Origin: an uncultured delta proteobacterium
Lineage (GTDB): Bacteria > Desulfobacterota > Syntrophia > Syntrophales > UBA5619
Direction of reading: 5' to 3'
DNA: 64,000 bases
Assembly (NCBI GenBank): GCA_963817385.1
Contig: CAWFOM010000025.1
Coordinates: 42,845-106,844 of the forward strand
The notes beneath the pieces are model-generated. The model was not told the origin of the DNA and searched no databases. It saw nothing but the letters and a program-made list of their open reading frames with translations. The position numbers and the translations under genes were made by a program. Below are positions 31,038 through 42,464 of the stretch, in pieces. Each line of letters begins with the position of its first letter. Within the stretch, counting starts at the first letter, position 1.

Positions 31038-31895
31038 TTAAATCGAGTAAGACGAAAATCCCCCATCGATCGGCACCACCACGCCGGTCACAAAGCCCGA
31101 GGCGTCCGAAAGGAGCCAGATCAGGGCGCCGATCAGATCGTCCGGGAGGCCGTACCGGCCCATCGGCGTATGATCAATCACCTGGCGGGCGCGGGGGGTG
31201 AGCTCCCCCGTGCTCTGATCGATATGGAGGAATCTGAGCTGCTCCGTCATGAAGAAACCCGGCGCCAGGGCGTTGACGCGGATGCCGGTATGCGCAAAAT
31301 GGACCGCCAGCCACCGGGTGAAGTTGCTTACCGCCGCCTTGGCCGCCGAATAGACCGCCACTTTGGTCAGCGGCAGGAAGGCGCTCATGGAGGAGATGTT
31401 GACGATGGCCCCCCCGCCTTTCGCGACCATCCCCCGGGCAAAGGCCTGGGTCGTGAGAAACGTGCCCATGAAATTGAGATCGAACACCTGGCGGAAACCG
31501 GATGGATCGAGATCGAAAAACGACTGGTCTGCCGGATCGCCCGGTCCGGCGGGGTCGTGGAATTCCATCGATGTGGTGCCCCGGGGGTCGTTGCCGCCGG
31601 CGCCGTTGATCAGAAAATCGGGTTGACCCCAGAGCCGTGTTATCTCTTCGCAGCACTCCTGCAGGCGGAGGGGGTCGAGGACATTGCATTGCAGAGCCGA
31701 GGCTTCTCCTCCGGCGCGGATGATCGACTGCGCCCGGGCTTCGGCTTTTTCCCTGCCGATGTCCAGGACGGCCACCTTTACCCCTGCCGCACCCAGGGCT
31801 TCAGCCATGGCGCCGCACAACTCGCCCCCGCCGCCGGTGATAGCGGCAATTTTTCCGGTCAGATCGAAACGCTGCAAGACGTTATTGTTCGTCAT
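31038..31895 (-). CDS. SDR oxidoreductase (D-mannonate oxidoreductase/UxuB-like)
   Basis: TGGGG, NGAGGN, PLTKVAVYSAAK, HTPMGRYG. Confidence 0.8.
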   Translation of the reverse strand: MTNNNVLQRFDLTGKIAAITGGGGELCGAMAEALGAAGVKVAVLDIGREKAEARAQSIIRAGGEASALQCNVLDPLRLQECCEEITRLWGQPDFLINGAGGNDPRGTTSMEFHDPAGPGDPADQSFFDLDPSGFRQVFDLNFMGTFLTTQAFARGMVAKGGGAIVNISSMSAFLPLTKVAVYSAAKAAVSNFTRWLAVHFAHTGIRVNALAPGFFMTEQLRFLHIDQSTGELTPRARQVIDHTPMGRYGLPDDLIGALIWLLSDASGFVTGVVVPIDGGFSSYSI

Positions 31896-32926
31896 AACCC
31901 GCCCCGCTCGTCCATAAAGGCCGACACCTCTTCCCAGGAGGGCATGGAGATGGAGCAGCCGTGACGGGTCACCACCATGGCGCCGCAGGCATTGCCCAGC
32001 CGCGCGGCCCTCCGCAGGTCCCACCCCTTGACATAGCCGTACAGGAACCCCGCACCGAATGCATCGCCTGCGCCCAGGATGTTCTGGACCGTTACCGGAA
32101 ACCCCGGGACATCCTCCGCCGCACTGTCGCGCCGGTGAATCCGGCAGCCGTCTTTGCCGCGCTTCTCCACCACCACCGCGGGCCCCCGCTCCATCAGGGC
32201 GCGGGCATGTTCGGCGGCATTTCCGGCTACCCGGGCATCGGTCAATTGGGAATCGGTCAGACGGACGGAGTGCGTGTCGGCCAGCATGGCGGCGTTGATC
32301 TCATCCTCGGTGCCCAGGATGATATCCACGCAAGAAAGGGCGGAGCGGACCGCAATGCCGTAAGCGCGGGGATCGCACCACTGGTCCGGCCGGAAATCCA
32401 GGTCGAGGACGACGGCGGTGCCTGCCTTCCTGGCGAGTTCCGCCGCGTAAAGGGTTGCGCTCCGGACCGGCTCTTTGCTGAGATTCGTGCCGGCGAACTG
32501 AAACACACGGCTCTGCGCGATCGGGGCGGCGGGCACATCGTTGATGTCAAGGGCGCAGTCGGCGCAGTTTTCGCGGTAAAAGACAATCGGAAACTTGTCC
32601 GGCGGCTCGATGCCCAGAACGACGATGCTGGTATGCCGGCCCGGTTTTCTCGGGCTGAAACGGACGTTCACGCCCTCTTTGCTGAGAAAATGGACCACGA
32701 AGTCGCCGACGGGGTCTTCTCCGAATGCGGTCAGAAGCGCCGAGGTCAGGCCCAGCCTGCGGCAACCGACGCTCATATTGGTGGGAGATCCGCCCACGTA
32801 TGCGGCAAAGCTTTTGATGTCGACAAATGCGGCCCCCACATCGTTGCTGTAAAGGTCCATGCAGGATCGGCCCATGTGAAACGTGTCGTAGGTGTGGCGG
32901 GTGCGAGGGGGGTCTTGGCTGCCCAT
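31892..32926 (-). CDS. iolC: 5-dehydro-2-deoxygluconokinase-like PfkB kinase
   Basis: MGRSCMDLY, YVGGSPTN, DLDFRP, GAGDAF. Confidence 0.75.
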   Translation of the reverse strand: MGSQDPPRTRHTYDTFHMGRSCMDLYSNDVGAAFVDIKSFAAYVGGSPTNMSVGCRRLGLTSALLTAFGEDPVGDFVVHFLSKEGVNVRFSPRKPGRHTSIVVLGIEPPDKFPIVFYRENCADCALDINDVPAAPIAQSRVFQFAGTNLSKEPVRSATLYAAELARKAGTAVVLDLDFRPDQWCDPRAYGIAVRSALSCVDIILGTEDEINAAMLADTHSVRLTDSQLTDARVAGNAAEHARALMERGPAVVVEKRGKDGCRIHRRDSAAEDVPGFPVTVQNILGAGDAFGAGFLYGYVKGWDLRRAARLGNACGAMVVTRHGCSISMPSWEEVSAFMDERGGL

Positions 32927-32945
32927 AGAGTGAGTTCCTGTTAGC

Positions 32946-33059
32946 GGGCTGTTGAAAAACGCTCATCTGTTGCGTTGCGCTGCAAACCGCATCGCTCAAC
33001 GCATTTTCCTATACGTCTCGCTCTTCTGTGTTTGCACGCTTTGCATCTAAACATTGTTG
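32946..33059. mobile_element. Degenerate MITE-like element
   Basis: GGCTGTTGAAAAACGCTCATCTG end resembles MITE ends I recall from deltaproteobacteria; the other end is eroded. Confidence 0.45.
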
Positions 33060-33144
33060 TATCTGTATATATCACATCCGCCTCTCTTGACAAGTTGCAA
33101 ATGGGTCCTTATCGACCCCGGAAGGGCCGGGTGCGTAAAGGACC

Positions 33145-33255
33145 GGGTGGATACTTGCACGGAGGACCATTGATGCTTTAATGGATCCGGGCGGACCGGC
33201 AGGCGAAGGCGAGGCGCCGCCGCCCAAACCATCCGGGAGGAGAAATGCCATGACC
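33145..33255 (+). repeat. Duplicate of the methyltransferase promoter/RBS/start region (37786-37897)
   Basis: ~111-nt near-identical direct repeat. Confidence 0.9.
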
Positions 33256-33286
33256 GCTGAGGTAGGCTTCCGGCGTCCGGCCTGCC

Positions 33287-34491
33287 CTACTTCCGTGGCC
33301 GGACGGATGAGCCGTCGCGGATGGAATCGTCGGGATGGGCGATCACCTTTTCCCGCTCTTTGAGGCCGGAGATGATCTCCGCCGTGAGGCCGTTTCTCTG
33401 CCCCACCTCAACGCTGCGCAGCCGAGCCCTGCCGCCGTCTTCAACAAACACCGCCCACCCGTTTCCCGAACGGAAAAGGGCGCCGGCGGGAACCTGGAGG
33501 ATGGCCTTCCCCTCCCAGACGACAAAGTGCGCTTCCAGGCGGTAACCGTCGCCAAGGAGGCGCCATGCCTCCGCGCGGAGAGGTGATATCCGCAAGAACG
33601 AGTACCCGCTGTTCTTCAACGCCAAGGCTTGAAACCTTCGTGAATCCCGCCGGCTCGACCACCCGCACGACTCCTGTCAGGATCCCGTCGCCGCCCCACC
33701 GTTTCAACAAGACCGTCATCCCCTTTTTTATCTTCACTGCATCGGAAGAGAGCACTTCGACGCGGACTTCGAGATTGTTCGCGTTCCCGATATCCATCAG
33801 GGGGGCGCCGGCAGCGACGGCGCCTTCGCTTTCCCGGTAGATTCGGAAAATGGCGCCGTCGACCGGCGACGCGACACGCACGATATCCGGTTTTTCGGAT
33901 CTCCCCGTCGGGTTGACGGATTGCAGCGTTGTTTTTATCCGCTCAAGCTCGGAGCGGGCGACATCGACCGCGGCTTTTGCCGCGGCGTGGGCCGCCCGCG
34001 CCTTTTTCGCCTCGGAGGCGGTCTGCTCGTACTGGTCCTTTGCAACGGACCCCTTCGCATGGAGATTCGCAATCCTCTGCCAATCGTTTTTCGAGGTAGT
34101 CGGCATCGGCCTCTGCGGCGCGCTCCTTCTCCCTTGCCGCGCTGAGCGCCGCCTCGGCGGCGGAAACGGCGGCTTCGGTTTCCGCGCGGCTTCGGGGATC
34201 GAGGGCTTGCGAGCGCAGCGGTTCCAGAGTGACCACGGCCTGCCCCTTTCGCACCGGATCTCCTACCTTGGCATCGATGCGCCGCATGTATCCGGCGGTC
34301 GGGGCTGAGAGGACGAACCGCTCTTTCAGACGGGTGCGCCCCTCTTCTTCAATCGTGACCTGAAGGGGGCCGCGTGAGACCGCAAGGAGATCGACGTCGA
34401 CCGCTCTGGGGAGAAAACCGTAAATCGTTGCCGCAATCGCGATCATGATGATGGCGATGACCGATAGATTTCTGCGCAGCGCAGGCTTCAT
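33287..34491 (-). CDS. HlyD/efflux membrane fusion protein (two frameshifts)
   Basis: EEEGRTR, SAPTAG, KVSSLGVEEQRV, LGDGYRLEA spread over three frames. Confidence 0.85.
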
Positions 34492-34495
34492 AAGG

Positions 34496-36863
34496 CTACT
34501 CCCTGGTTTTGAGGACCTCGACGAGATCCAGATGATCCAGTTTATGGCGCACGATCAGCCCCGATACCGAAGCCGACGCAAGAACGACCGCCGCCGCGAG
34601 GGAAAACGTCCGGGGTTGGATGATCAGCGGCACCCGGAAAAGATCGGAGGCCAGCGCCTGCGCGATATACGCGCAGAGCCAGTATCCGATGACGAACCCC
34701 AGGGGGATGGCGATGAGCGTGATAATCCCCAGTTCTCCCAGGAGGATGTACGAGATCTCGCCCCGCGTGTAACCCAGCACCCGGAGGCTGGAGAGCTCCC
34801 GGCTTCGCTCCGAAAAGGCGATCCGCGCACTGTTATAGACGACGCCGAAGGCGATGGAACAGGCCATCACTGTAGCAATAAACGTGAAAAAAAGCATTCC
34901 TTTGGCCTGCACGTCATGGAAATTGCGGATTTCGTTTCGTCTGAGCATGGTTCCGGAGACCCGCGGCATTTGGATGAAACTCCGGAAGAGTTTCCCGTTG
35001 AAGAGCGGATCGGTAGCCAGATACGCGCCGGATATGGCATCGCCCTCTCTCAGCAAACGGTTGAGCGCCGTAACATCCATATACCCCATCACCCCCAGAT
35101 ACAGCCTGACGAGCGCAACGACCGGCACCTGGCGGAGCGGCTTCGAACCTTCGAGTACCTGGACGGTCACCAGGTCGCCGGCCTTCACGCCGAGCATTTC
35201 GCCCAGATGATCGGTCAGCACGATCCCGGAAGGCGGAAGGGAGATGACCCGAAGATCCGTGTCCAGGAGAAGATACAGGCGGCTGCCGGATTCTATCCCG
35301 TTGATGACCGTCCGGTGGCTGCGGGCGCCATACGTCAGTTTTACCGGGACCGTTCGAAAGGTCTCGGCGTGATGAACGCCCGGGAGTTCTTTGAGCTCAT
35401 AGAGCGCCCTGCGGGAAGTCGGGTCGGTGAACACCACCTTCATCTCTTCCTTTTGGGAAAGAACAAATTGGACGTTGACCATAAAATCGACGGCATCTTT
35501 AAAAAATCCGCTGGAGATCATCGTAGCGCAGGCGACGGCGATGCCCATCATGGAGAGAAACGTTCTGATCGGCTTGCGCTCGATATTGCGCAGGATGATC
35601 CGCGACGGCTGGGTGAGCCAGCGGCCGATCCCCGTTTTCTCCAGGAGCGTCACCCGGTACTGCGCGGGAGGCTCGGGCCGCATCGCCTCGGCAGGCGGCT
35701 GTTTGGCGGCCCGCCACAGGGAGTGCACGGTGCCGGCAAGGGCCGAGACGATGCTGATCAGGACGGCGGAAACGATCACCCCCGGGATGCACGGTATACA
35801 GAAGGGAGGGGAAACGATAGACCGCCATGTAAATATCGCCCAGCATCTTCCCGAACCAGATGCCCGCAACGATGCCTCCAATCAAGCCGGGAAAGATAAT
35901 CAGCACAACCAGCTTCGCATAATGGATGCCGATATCGAGATTCGCGTAACCGAATGCCTTCAGGGCGGCAATCTGTTCACGCTGCGTGTTAATCGTCCTG
36001 CTCATCACGACATTCAACAAAAATGCGGCAACACAGACGAAAATGGTCGGGAATATTTCCGAGCTCCTCTGGAGCTGCTGAAATTCCGCGTTCAGGAGGC
36101 GGTGAGATATCTGATCCTTGCGCGCATAGGCGCCGAACCCCCCGTACTGTTCCACGATCGTGTCAATCTGCGCGAGGACATCGTTCAATTTGGCGTCCGG
36201 AGTGAGGGTCAGGACGACATCATTGAACGCCCCGTCCATGTCATACGCCTTGCTGAGCACCTTGCGACTCATCCACAGAACGCCGAACCGTTTGAAATCC
36301 GGGCTCGCCGACTCCGGCTGCATCAGAAGAACGAACTCCGGAGAGAGGGCGATGCCGGTGATCGTCAGGGTCTTCCATTTGCCGTTGATGATCGCCGCAA
36401 AACGATCGCCGAGAGTGAAGCCGTGCGCCTGAGCGAAGGTTTCATTGATCACGGCCTCGTTATCCTTCGCCGGATCGGGAAGCCGCCCTTTCCTGAGGTA
36501 GAGGCGGTTCATCAGCGGGTCGCCGTCATCGGGCAGGGAGATAATCCTGGCGTTCACCGGCTCCGGGAAGCTGCCGATTGAGAGTTTGCAGTAGGCGGAA
36601 ACGCGGGTTTCAAGCTGATTGACGCCGGGAACAGCCTTGATTTTCTCCTTCAGACTTTCCGGCGCCCGCTTCAGGGTGACGAAAACATCGGCAAAATGAT
36701 AATCCCGGTAAAAACTGTCGCGGGTGAGATTCAGCGAATCCATCGTGCTGATGAACATGATAAAGGTCGCGACCCCGCTCATCACGACCAGGGTAATGGC
36801 AAATACCTGACCCTTCATGCGCCAGAGATCCCGCCAGAGCTTCCGGTTCAGGGCCTTCATCAT
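34496..36863 (-). CDS. FtsX/MacB-like ABC permease (frameshift near 35800)
   Basis: [34 protein letters not shown]. Confidence 0.88.
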
Positions 36864-36864
36864 C

Positions 36865-37602
36865 TCACCATTGCAGCTCGCCGGGCGGTTTTTTCACCGT
36901 GTTGACCTCCACCTGGGTTATCCTCCCGTTACTGAGATGGACGACGCGGTCGGCCATGCCGGCGATGTCCGCGTTATGGGTAATGATCGCCGTCGCCGTG
37001 CCCAGCTCACGGTTGATCCGCTCCAGGGCTTCGAGGACCACGATTCCCGTTTTGGAATCGAGGGCCCCGGTGGGCTCGTCGCAGAGCAGTACTTCCGGAT
37101 TCTTTGAGATGGCCCGCGCGATCGCGACGCGCTGCTGTTCGCCGCCGGAGAGCTGGGCGGGGAAATGATCAAGCCGCTCGTTGAGTCCGACAAGTCCCAG
37201 GGCATCTTCCGGCGCCATGGGATTACTTGCGATCTCCGTCACGACCGCCACATTTTCCCGTGCGGTCAGGCTGGGAATCAGGTTGTAAAACTGAAAGACG
37301 AACCCGACATGGAAACGGCGATACTCCGTCAGCTCCTGCTCACTGGCATTCGTCAGGTTTTTGCCCCGGTAGGAGACCGTGCCGCTGGTGGCCGTATCCA
37401 GTCCGCCGAGGATGTTGAGCAGCGTGGATTTCCCGCTTCCCGAAGGTCCGAGCAGGACGATCAGCTCCCCCGGGTAGAGCTCCAGATTCGCCCCCCTGAG
37501 CGCATGAACCGAGACCTCTCCCATGACGTACGTCTTCGTGAGGTCCCGGACCTGAAAAACGACCTCTCCCGGAGTATTCGCGTTTCCTTTGTTCGGGAAC
37601 AT
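36865..37602 (-). CDS. ABC transporter ATP-binding protein (LolD/MacB-like)
   Basis: [24 protein letters not shown]. Confidence 0.95.
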   Translation of the reverse strand: MFPNKGNANTPGEVVFQVRDLTKTYVMGEVSVHALRGANLELYPGELIVLLGPSGSGKSTLLNILGGLDTATSGTVSYRGKNLTNASEQELTEYRRFHVGFVFQFYNLIPSLTARENVAVVTEIASNPMAPEDALGLVGLNERLDHFPAQLSGGEQQRVAIARAISKNPEVLLCDEPTGALDSKTGIVVLEALERINRELGTATAIITHNADIAGMADRVVHLSNGRITQVEVNTVKKPPGELQW

Positions 37603-37891
37603 CTGTTCGACACCCCCTGGTGGAATAAAAAGGATGAACTCGTTGGCTGCCTTCTCAAGATCTAAACTCTCGTTATATTTGTCAAGTGATTATTGATGGC
37701 CTGCATTTACCACAAAATACGGGCTGCGGTATCGGTGATCATGGAGGGTGCGGTTCTTTCGGAAGATTGCAGGTTATCGGACCAGGGGTGGATACTTGCA
37801 CGGGAGGACCATTGATGCTTTAATGGATCCGGGCGGACCGGCAGGCGAAGGCGAGGCGCCGCCGCCCAAACCATCCGGAAGGAGAAATGCC

Positions 37892-38881
37892 ATGACCACG
37901 CAGGATAACGATCAGCCGAAATGGAGTCAGGAAACGATTATGGCTCTGAGCCGGGCCTTTATGGAAAGCCGCGTCTTTTTGACCGGTGCGGAGCTCGATC
38001 TCTTCACCCTGGCGGCGTCTGCGCCGATGAACGCCCGCGAGATCGCCGAGCGGATCGGCGCTGATTTGCGTGCGCTGACGATTGTGCTCGACGCCCTGGC
38101 GGCGATGGGACTTCTGATCAAGCGGGATGATGCCTACCGCACCGAACCTTCCGCCGCACGGCTCCTGGCCGCCGACAGCCCCGAGTCGATCCTGCCGATT
38201 ATCCGGCACAGTATCGATTTGTGGGAACGCTGGGGTCGGCTCACCGGCAAGATTGTGAGGCCGCGGAAACCGGATAAGTCGATGAGCGCCTTCATCGGCG
38301 CGATGCACGTCATCGGGAGGCCGCTTGCCCCGCGCATCGTAGCGCTGGTCAACCCGGCAGGGGCGCGGCGACTCCTCGACGTGGGAGGAGGGTCGGGGAC
38401 TTATACACTGGCGTTTTTGCAGGCGGCGCCGGCGATGCGGGCGACGATTTTCGATCAGCCGCCGGTGATCGACATGGCGCGCGAACGGATGGATGCCGCC
38501 GGGGTGCGTGAACGAGTGACGCTGGTTGCGGGGGACTATCGGAAAGATCCGCTGCCCGGGGGGCACGACCTCGCATTCGTCTCGGCGATCATCCACCAGA
38601 ATTCGCCGGCGGAGAACCGGGAGATGTTCCGCAAGATCTTCGCCGCCCTGGAGCCCGGGGGGCGGATCGTGGTGCGCGATCATGTGATGAGTCCCGACCG
38701 CACGGAACCCCGATCGGGCGCCCTCTTCGCGGTGAATATGCTGGTTGGTACGGAGGGCGGCAACTCCTACACGGAGGCCGAGATCCGTGAGGCGCTCACC
38801 GAGGCCGGCTTTACCGGCGTCCGGGTCATCCACCCGGATACGCGTATGGATGGCCTGGTGGAGGCCTTCAGGCCGCGATAG
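37892..38881 (+). CDS. SAM-dependent O-methyltransferase with dimerisation domain
   Basis: LLDVGGGSG, VAGDY, LEPGG; promoter TTGCAC-N17-TTTAAT and RBS upstream. Confidence 0.9.
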   Translation: MTTQDNDQPKWSQETIMALSRAFMESRVFLTGAELDLFTLAASAPMNAREIAERIGADLRALTIVLDALAAMGLLIKRDDAYRTEPSAARLLAADSPESILPIIRHSIDLWERWGRLTGKIVRPRKPDKSMSAFIGAMHVIGRPLAPRIVALVNPAGARRLLDVGGGSGTYTLAFLQAAPAMRATIFDQPPVIDMARERMDAAGVRERVTLVAGDYRKDPLPGGHDLAFVSAIIHQNSPAENREMFRKIFAALEPGGRIVVRDHVMSPDRTEPRSGALFAVNMLVGTEGGNSYTEAEIREALTEAGFTGVRVIHPDTRMDGLVEAFRPR

Positions 38882-38972
38882 GGAATGCCCCCCTGCTGCG
38901 ATCGTCTCTCCCGTTTACGGCGTCTGCGTCAGGAACCAGCGAATGTTGCTTGCCTGCACGTACGCTCAATTC

Positions 38973-41486
38973 TCACGGCGTGTACGCAAAATCCCAGGTC
39001 CAGCTTATAGAGTTCGGAGCGGGGATTGCGGCGACATAGTTTCCCTTCATATGGTTGTTGACATCGAGCTGAGGAAATGTGCCGATAGCGGCTGTGCCCC
39101 ACCCAAGCCCCAAGGGGAAGAGAGAGGAGTAATTGACCCCGGGAGCGGGACACTGGTAATCAACAGTCACGGTTGTCGCAGCCCCGAGCGCGGCGGTATA
39201 ACGTCCATCCGAGAACAGCGTCATGACATCCTGGGATGCGGTGAACTCGGACAGGGGCACGGCCTTCTGGCCGTGGAACGTGCAGCCGCTGCCCGTCCCA
39301 TCCACCGTCACCGTAGAGATCGCGCTGTCCACACGGTACTCTGTAGTCCAGCTATTCACGAGAACGGGGTGACCCCAGGTTACGGTTCCGCTCCAGACCA
39401 CCGTCTGAGAGGAAGAACTGTCGGTGTATTTACTGGTGTAGGAAAAGGGGCCTGACCACGTGCCAGCGCAGGGCGTTTTGTATGACCTGGCCGTAAATAT
39501 CGCAGGGACGCTCTCGCCTAGCCTAAATTGGTGATTGCTCAGGACAAGGCGGATGTCCTCGAGCGTTTCCCCGGACTTGTCGAAGCAGAACTTCAACTCC
39601 GTCTTACCGTTCAGATCGCGCTTTTCCCAATCCTTGCCCTGGGTCTTGATCAAAGCATCGACATCGAGGCCCGTGGCCGCGGCCAGACCATCAAGATCGA
39701 AGACCACCTGCCTGACCTCGGGATCGCTCACGGTGAACTTCAGATAGTCCGCGGTCAGAGGCTCCAGCATCGCGGTGTACGTCAACTCGGAATCGCCAAT
39801 AAGCGGCCCGCCGCCGTAGGGAGGCTCGACCTTGTCCTTGCGGAATTCCGAGTCGAGGCTGATATAGCGGTCGCTCCGCGGCAAAGGATCGCCGGGCAAA
39901 AACTCGGTGTTCAGGTTGCGGACCGCAAACGTCCGGAAGTTGTCCTTGAAGGGGAAGAAGAAGTCGAGGACATTGTCCCCCTGCGCGAACGTGCTTGCGG
40001 TTTCAAGGTTCGTCCAGATGCCCCCCATCATTTCCGGGCCGCCGGCTTTCTGTTCAAGGAAGTATGCCCAGATGTAAGCATCGTACATGTGCGGCACCGT
40101 CGAGGCGTTCAGTGATTCCTTGCTTTCTTGAAACCGCTCGGTGAAGGTCCTGTGGGCCTCATCCCAGGCCCCACGGCCTCCGATCCATGGGGCGAGCTTC
40201 CGGTCGTAGTACGCGGCAGCCCACCGGGCGGAGGCCTCCGTGAACCAGTAGTGATCCATGACATTCGCCACACCGGTTCTCGGCTGTTGGCTGATATCCG
40301 CGTTGTGCGCATACTGAAGAACGTGGAAGAACTCGTGGATCACGCTCGTGTGGAAACGATTGGAGTGAAGAAGAGATCGGGGGATCAGGATAAAGCCGCT
40401 CGTTTTTTTCCCTATTCTCGGGAAGTCCCCGAAGGTGCTTCCAAACCATTTCGGCGCGAAATCATTACCACTCCGATGAACGCTGCTCAACCAATCGACG
40501 ATGTAAACATCGATTGCATTGTCTCCCCCCTCAATGTCATAGATCGGTTCGCCCATAAGTTTGGTCATGGGAATCCAGATCTTTTCGAAGATGTCGAGTG
40601 TTTCGGTGATTGCCAATGTGCTCGCAAAATCATAGCCGGGATCACCGTTTACCTGCGCCCAAACGCGGATTGGGATCGTGCGCCGGTCCGAGACCCATTG
40701 CCACCCGGAGGCATCTCCGGCGGCTTTTGACCGTGGACTTGAGGGGACTGGGGCTTTCATGACCGAACGTGAGACAATCGGGGCCAAGGCGGTGGAAAAC
40801 TGGTTGAACCAGCTCTTCGTATCCGCGGGCCGAACCGTGAAGGAGTCAAGCGCTGCCTGGAGTTCGACCGAAAAGCCACTGCGCGCGGCGACGATCTCGG
40901 AGCGCAGATTATTGTCTCCTTCTTCCGATCCCGATCCCTGGAAAGCATCGGGGAGTCTCGCATCACCATAGAGAGCATAAGCGCGATAGAGAAGCGACGT
41001 GCCGTAGTCGATTGTTCCTGAGGCGAGCGCCGCCTTAATCTTCGCCTGTGAACTGGGCTCTGCCGGCTTGACCGTAAGCGGAAGAAGCACGGTTGCATTC
41101 GATGTGCCGTTCGAACCGATGACCGAGAGATTCACGGGACCGCCTGCGGAGACGTCCGGGGTCAGGTAGATCCTGAGGAATCCGGTGCCGATGCCGCCGG
41201 CAAGAGTGAGCGTATCCGCTGTTACACCGGCTGGTGCGTTTGCAATCGTCACGGAAACTACTCCGGTGAAACCGGACGTGCGAGCCACGGAAGCCTTGAC
41301 CGTGATGCTTGAGCCTTGGAACGCAGCAGCGCTCGACGGCTCAACGGTCACGGTGTAGTCGGGATTTCCGCCGCCCCCGCCAGTGTCCACGCCCCCGTTT
41401 CCACCCCCGCCTCCACTACTGCACGAACAAAGAATCATGGCAAGATAGAGTAAACCAATGGCATGGATGGTCAATCTGGTTTTCAT
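38973..41486 (-). CDS. Large lipoprotein with a HEXXH zinc metallopeptidase-like domain
   Basis: Lipobox ILCSC, Gly-rich linker, Ig-like N-terminus, HEFFH...WFTEASA. Confidence 0.65.
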   Translation of the reverse strand: MKTRLTIHAIGLLYLAMILCSCSSGGGGGNGGVDTGGGGGNPDYTVTVEPSSAAAFQGSSITVKASVARTSGFTGVVSVTIANAPAGVTADTLTLAGGIGTGFLRIYLTPDVSAGGPVNLSVIGSNGTSNATVLLPLTVKPAEPSSQAKIKAALASGTIDYGTSLLYRAYALYGDARLPDAFQGSGSEEGDNNLRSEIVAARSGFSVELQAALDSFTVRPADTKSWFNQFSTALAPIVSRSVMKAPVPSSPRSKAAGDASGWQWVSDRRTIPIRVWAQVNGDPGYDFASTLAITETLDIFEKIWIPMTKLMGEPIYDIEGGDNAIDVYIVDWLSSVHRSGNDFAPKWFGSTFGDFPRIGKKTSGFILIPRSLLHSNRFHTSVIHEFFHVLQYAHNADISQQPRTGVANVMDHYWFTEASARWAAAYYDRKLAPWIGGRGAWDEAHRTFTERFQESKESLNASTVPHMYDAYIWAYFLEQKAGGPEMMGGIWTNLETASTFAQGDNVLDFFFPFKDNFRTFAVRNLNTEFLPGDPLPRSDRYISLDSEFRKDKVEPPYGGGPLIGDSELTYTAMLEPLTADYLKFTVSDPEVRQVVFDLDGLAAATGLDVDALIKTQGKDWEKRDLNGKTELKFCFDKSGETLEDIRLVLSNHQFRLGESVPAIFTARSYKTPCAGTWSGPFSYTSKYTDSSSSQTVVWSGTVTWGHPVLVNSWTTEYRVDSAISTVTVDGTGSGCTFHGQKAVPLSEFTASQDVMTLFSDGRYTAALGAATTVTVDYQCPAPGVNYSSLFPLGLGWGTAAIGTFPQLDVNNHMKGNYVAAIPAPNSISWTWDFAYTP

Positions 41487-41815
41487 GGGGAAACCCTCCT
41501 TCGATGAAACGTGATGATACACGACCCGTGCGGGAATCCGGCCGTGTTCTTGAAACGAAACCCCTGATGATCTACTTTCTTGCCATCAGGCCATTGATTG
41601 AAAATTGGTAAATAATTGATAAGAAATTACTTTTGTGAGGCGTGAGAATACGGAAGGGAGTCTTGTATGTCAAGGGGAATTTATCAAAATTTATCAAAAC
41701 CTGTAGTGTCGAACGATGATGCTATTTCGAGAACGCACTTATTTGTGAAGAATCTAAAAAGTGCTATAATAAAAAACACATCAAATCTCGCATCATCTGA
41801 TAGGAGGTGAATCTT

Positions 41816-42454
41816 ATGGATGAAAAGGAGAACAAACCCCCGGAAGAAGAAAAGAGGCAGGAGGGATCTTTCAAGGTTTCCCGGCGTTCCTTCCTGAAGG
41901 GGATGGCAACGGGGACCGTTGCCGCAACTATCGTTACACTCCCCGTGCCATCGATCCCGCAGGCAGAGGCTGCCGTTCCTCCCGGAAAAAAAGAAGCCTT
42001 GATTCTCCTGAATGTCAACGACAGGCACTACCGCCTTAAGGTAAAATCGCACTGGACGTTACTCGATGTGCTGAGGAGAGAACTGGGTCTCACCGGTACG
42101 AAGAAAGCGTGCGATCACGGCAATTGCGGCGCCTGCACGGTGATTCTTGACGGCAAAGCAGTCTACGCCTGTTCTCTTCTCGCCATCGCCATGGACGGGA
42201 GGAAGATTCTCACGGTGGAAGGGCTCCGGCAGGGTGAAAACCTCCACCCCATTCAAAAGTCCTTTTCGGAACACGGCGGCTATCAGTGCGGGTTCTGCAC
42301 GTCCGGTCAGATGATGTCCGCCAAAGCGCTCCTCGACAAGAATCCGAGGCCCACCCCTGAAGACGTGCGCCTGGCCCTGGCCGGCAATCTCTGCCGCTGC
42401 GGCGCCTACCCGAAGATCATCGAATCGGTGTTAGGCGTATCCTCGAAGACGTAA
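41816..42454 (+). CDS. 2Fe-2S subunit of a xanthine-dehydrogenase-family molybdenum hydroxylase, with Tat signal (PaoA-like)
   Basis: SRRSFLK; CDHGNCGAC; QCGFC; LCRC. Confidence 0.92.
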   Translation: MDEKENKPPEEEKRQEGSFKVSRRSFLKGMATGTVAATIVTLPVPSIPQAEAAVPPGKKEALILLNVNDRHYRLKVKSHWTLLDVLRRELGLTGTKKACDHGNCGACTVILDGKAVYACSLLAIAMDGRKILTVEGLRQGENLHPIQKSFSEHGGYQCGFCTSGQMMSAKALLDKNPRPTPEDVRLALAGNLCRCGAYPKIIESVLGVSSKT

Positions 42455-42464
42455 AGGAGGGGTT

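Noticed and set aside
37820..37890. GC-rich leader of the methyltransferase as a SAM/SAH riboswitch
   Set aside because: It does not match any consensus I can recognise; an Rfam search would be needed
41679..41699. ATTTATCAAA tandem repeat upstream of the Mo-enzyme operon
   Set aside because: Only two copies in an AT-rich intergenic region; cannot be assigned to a regulator
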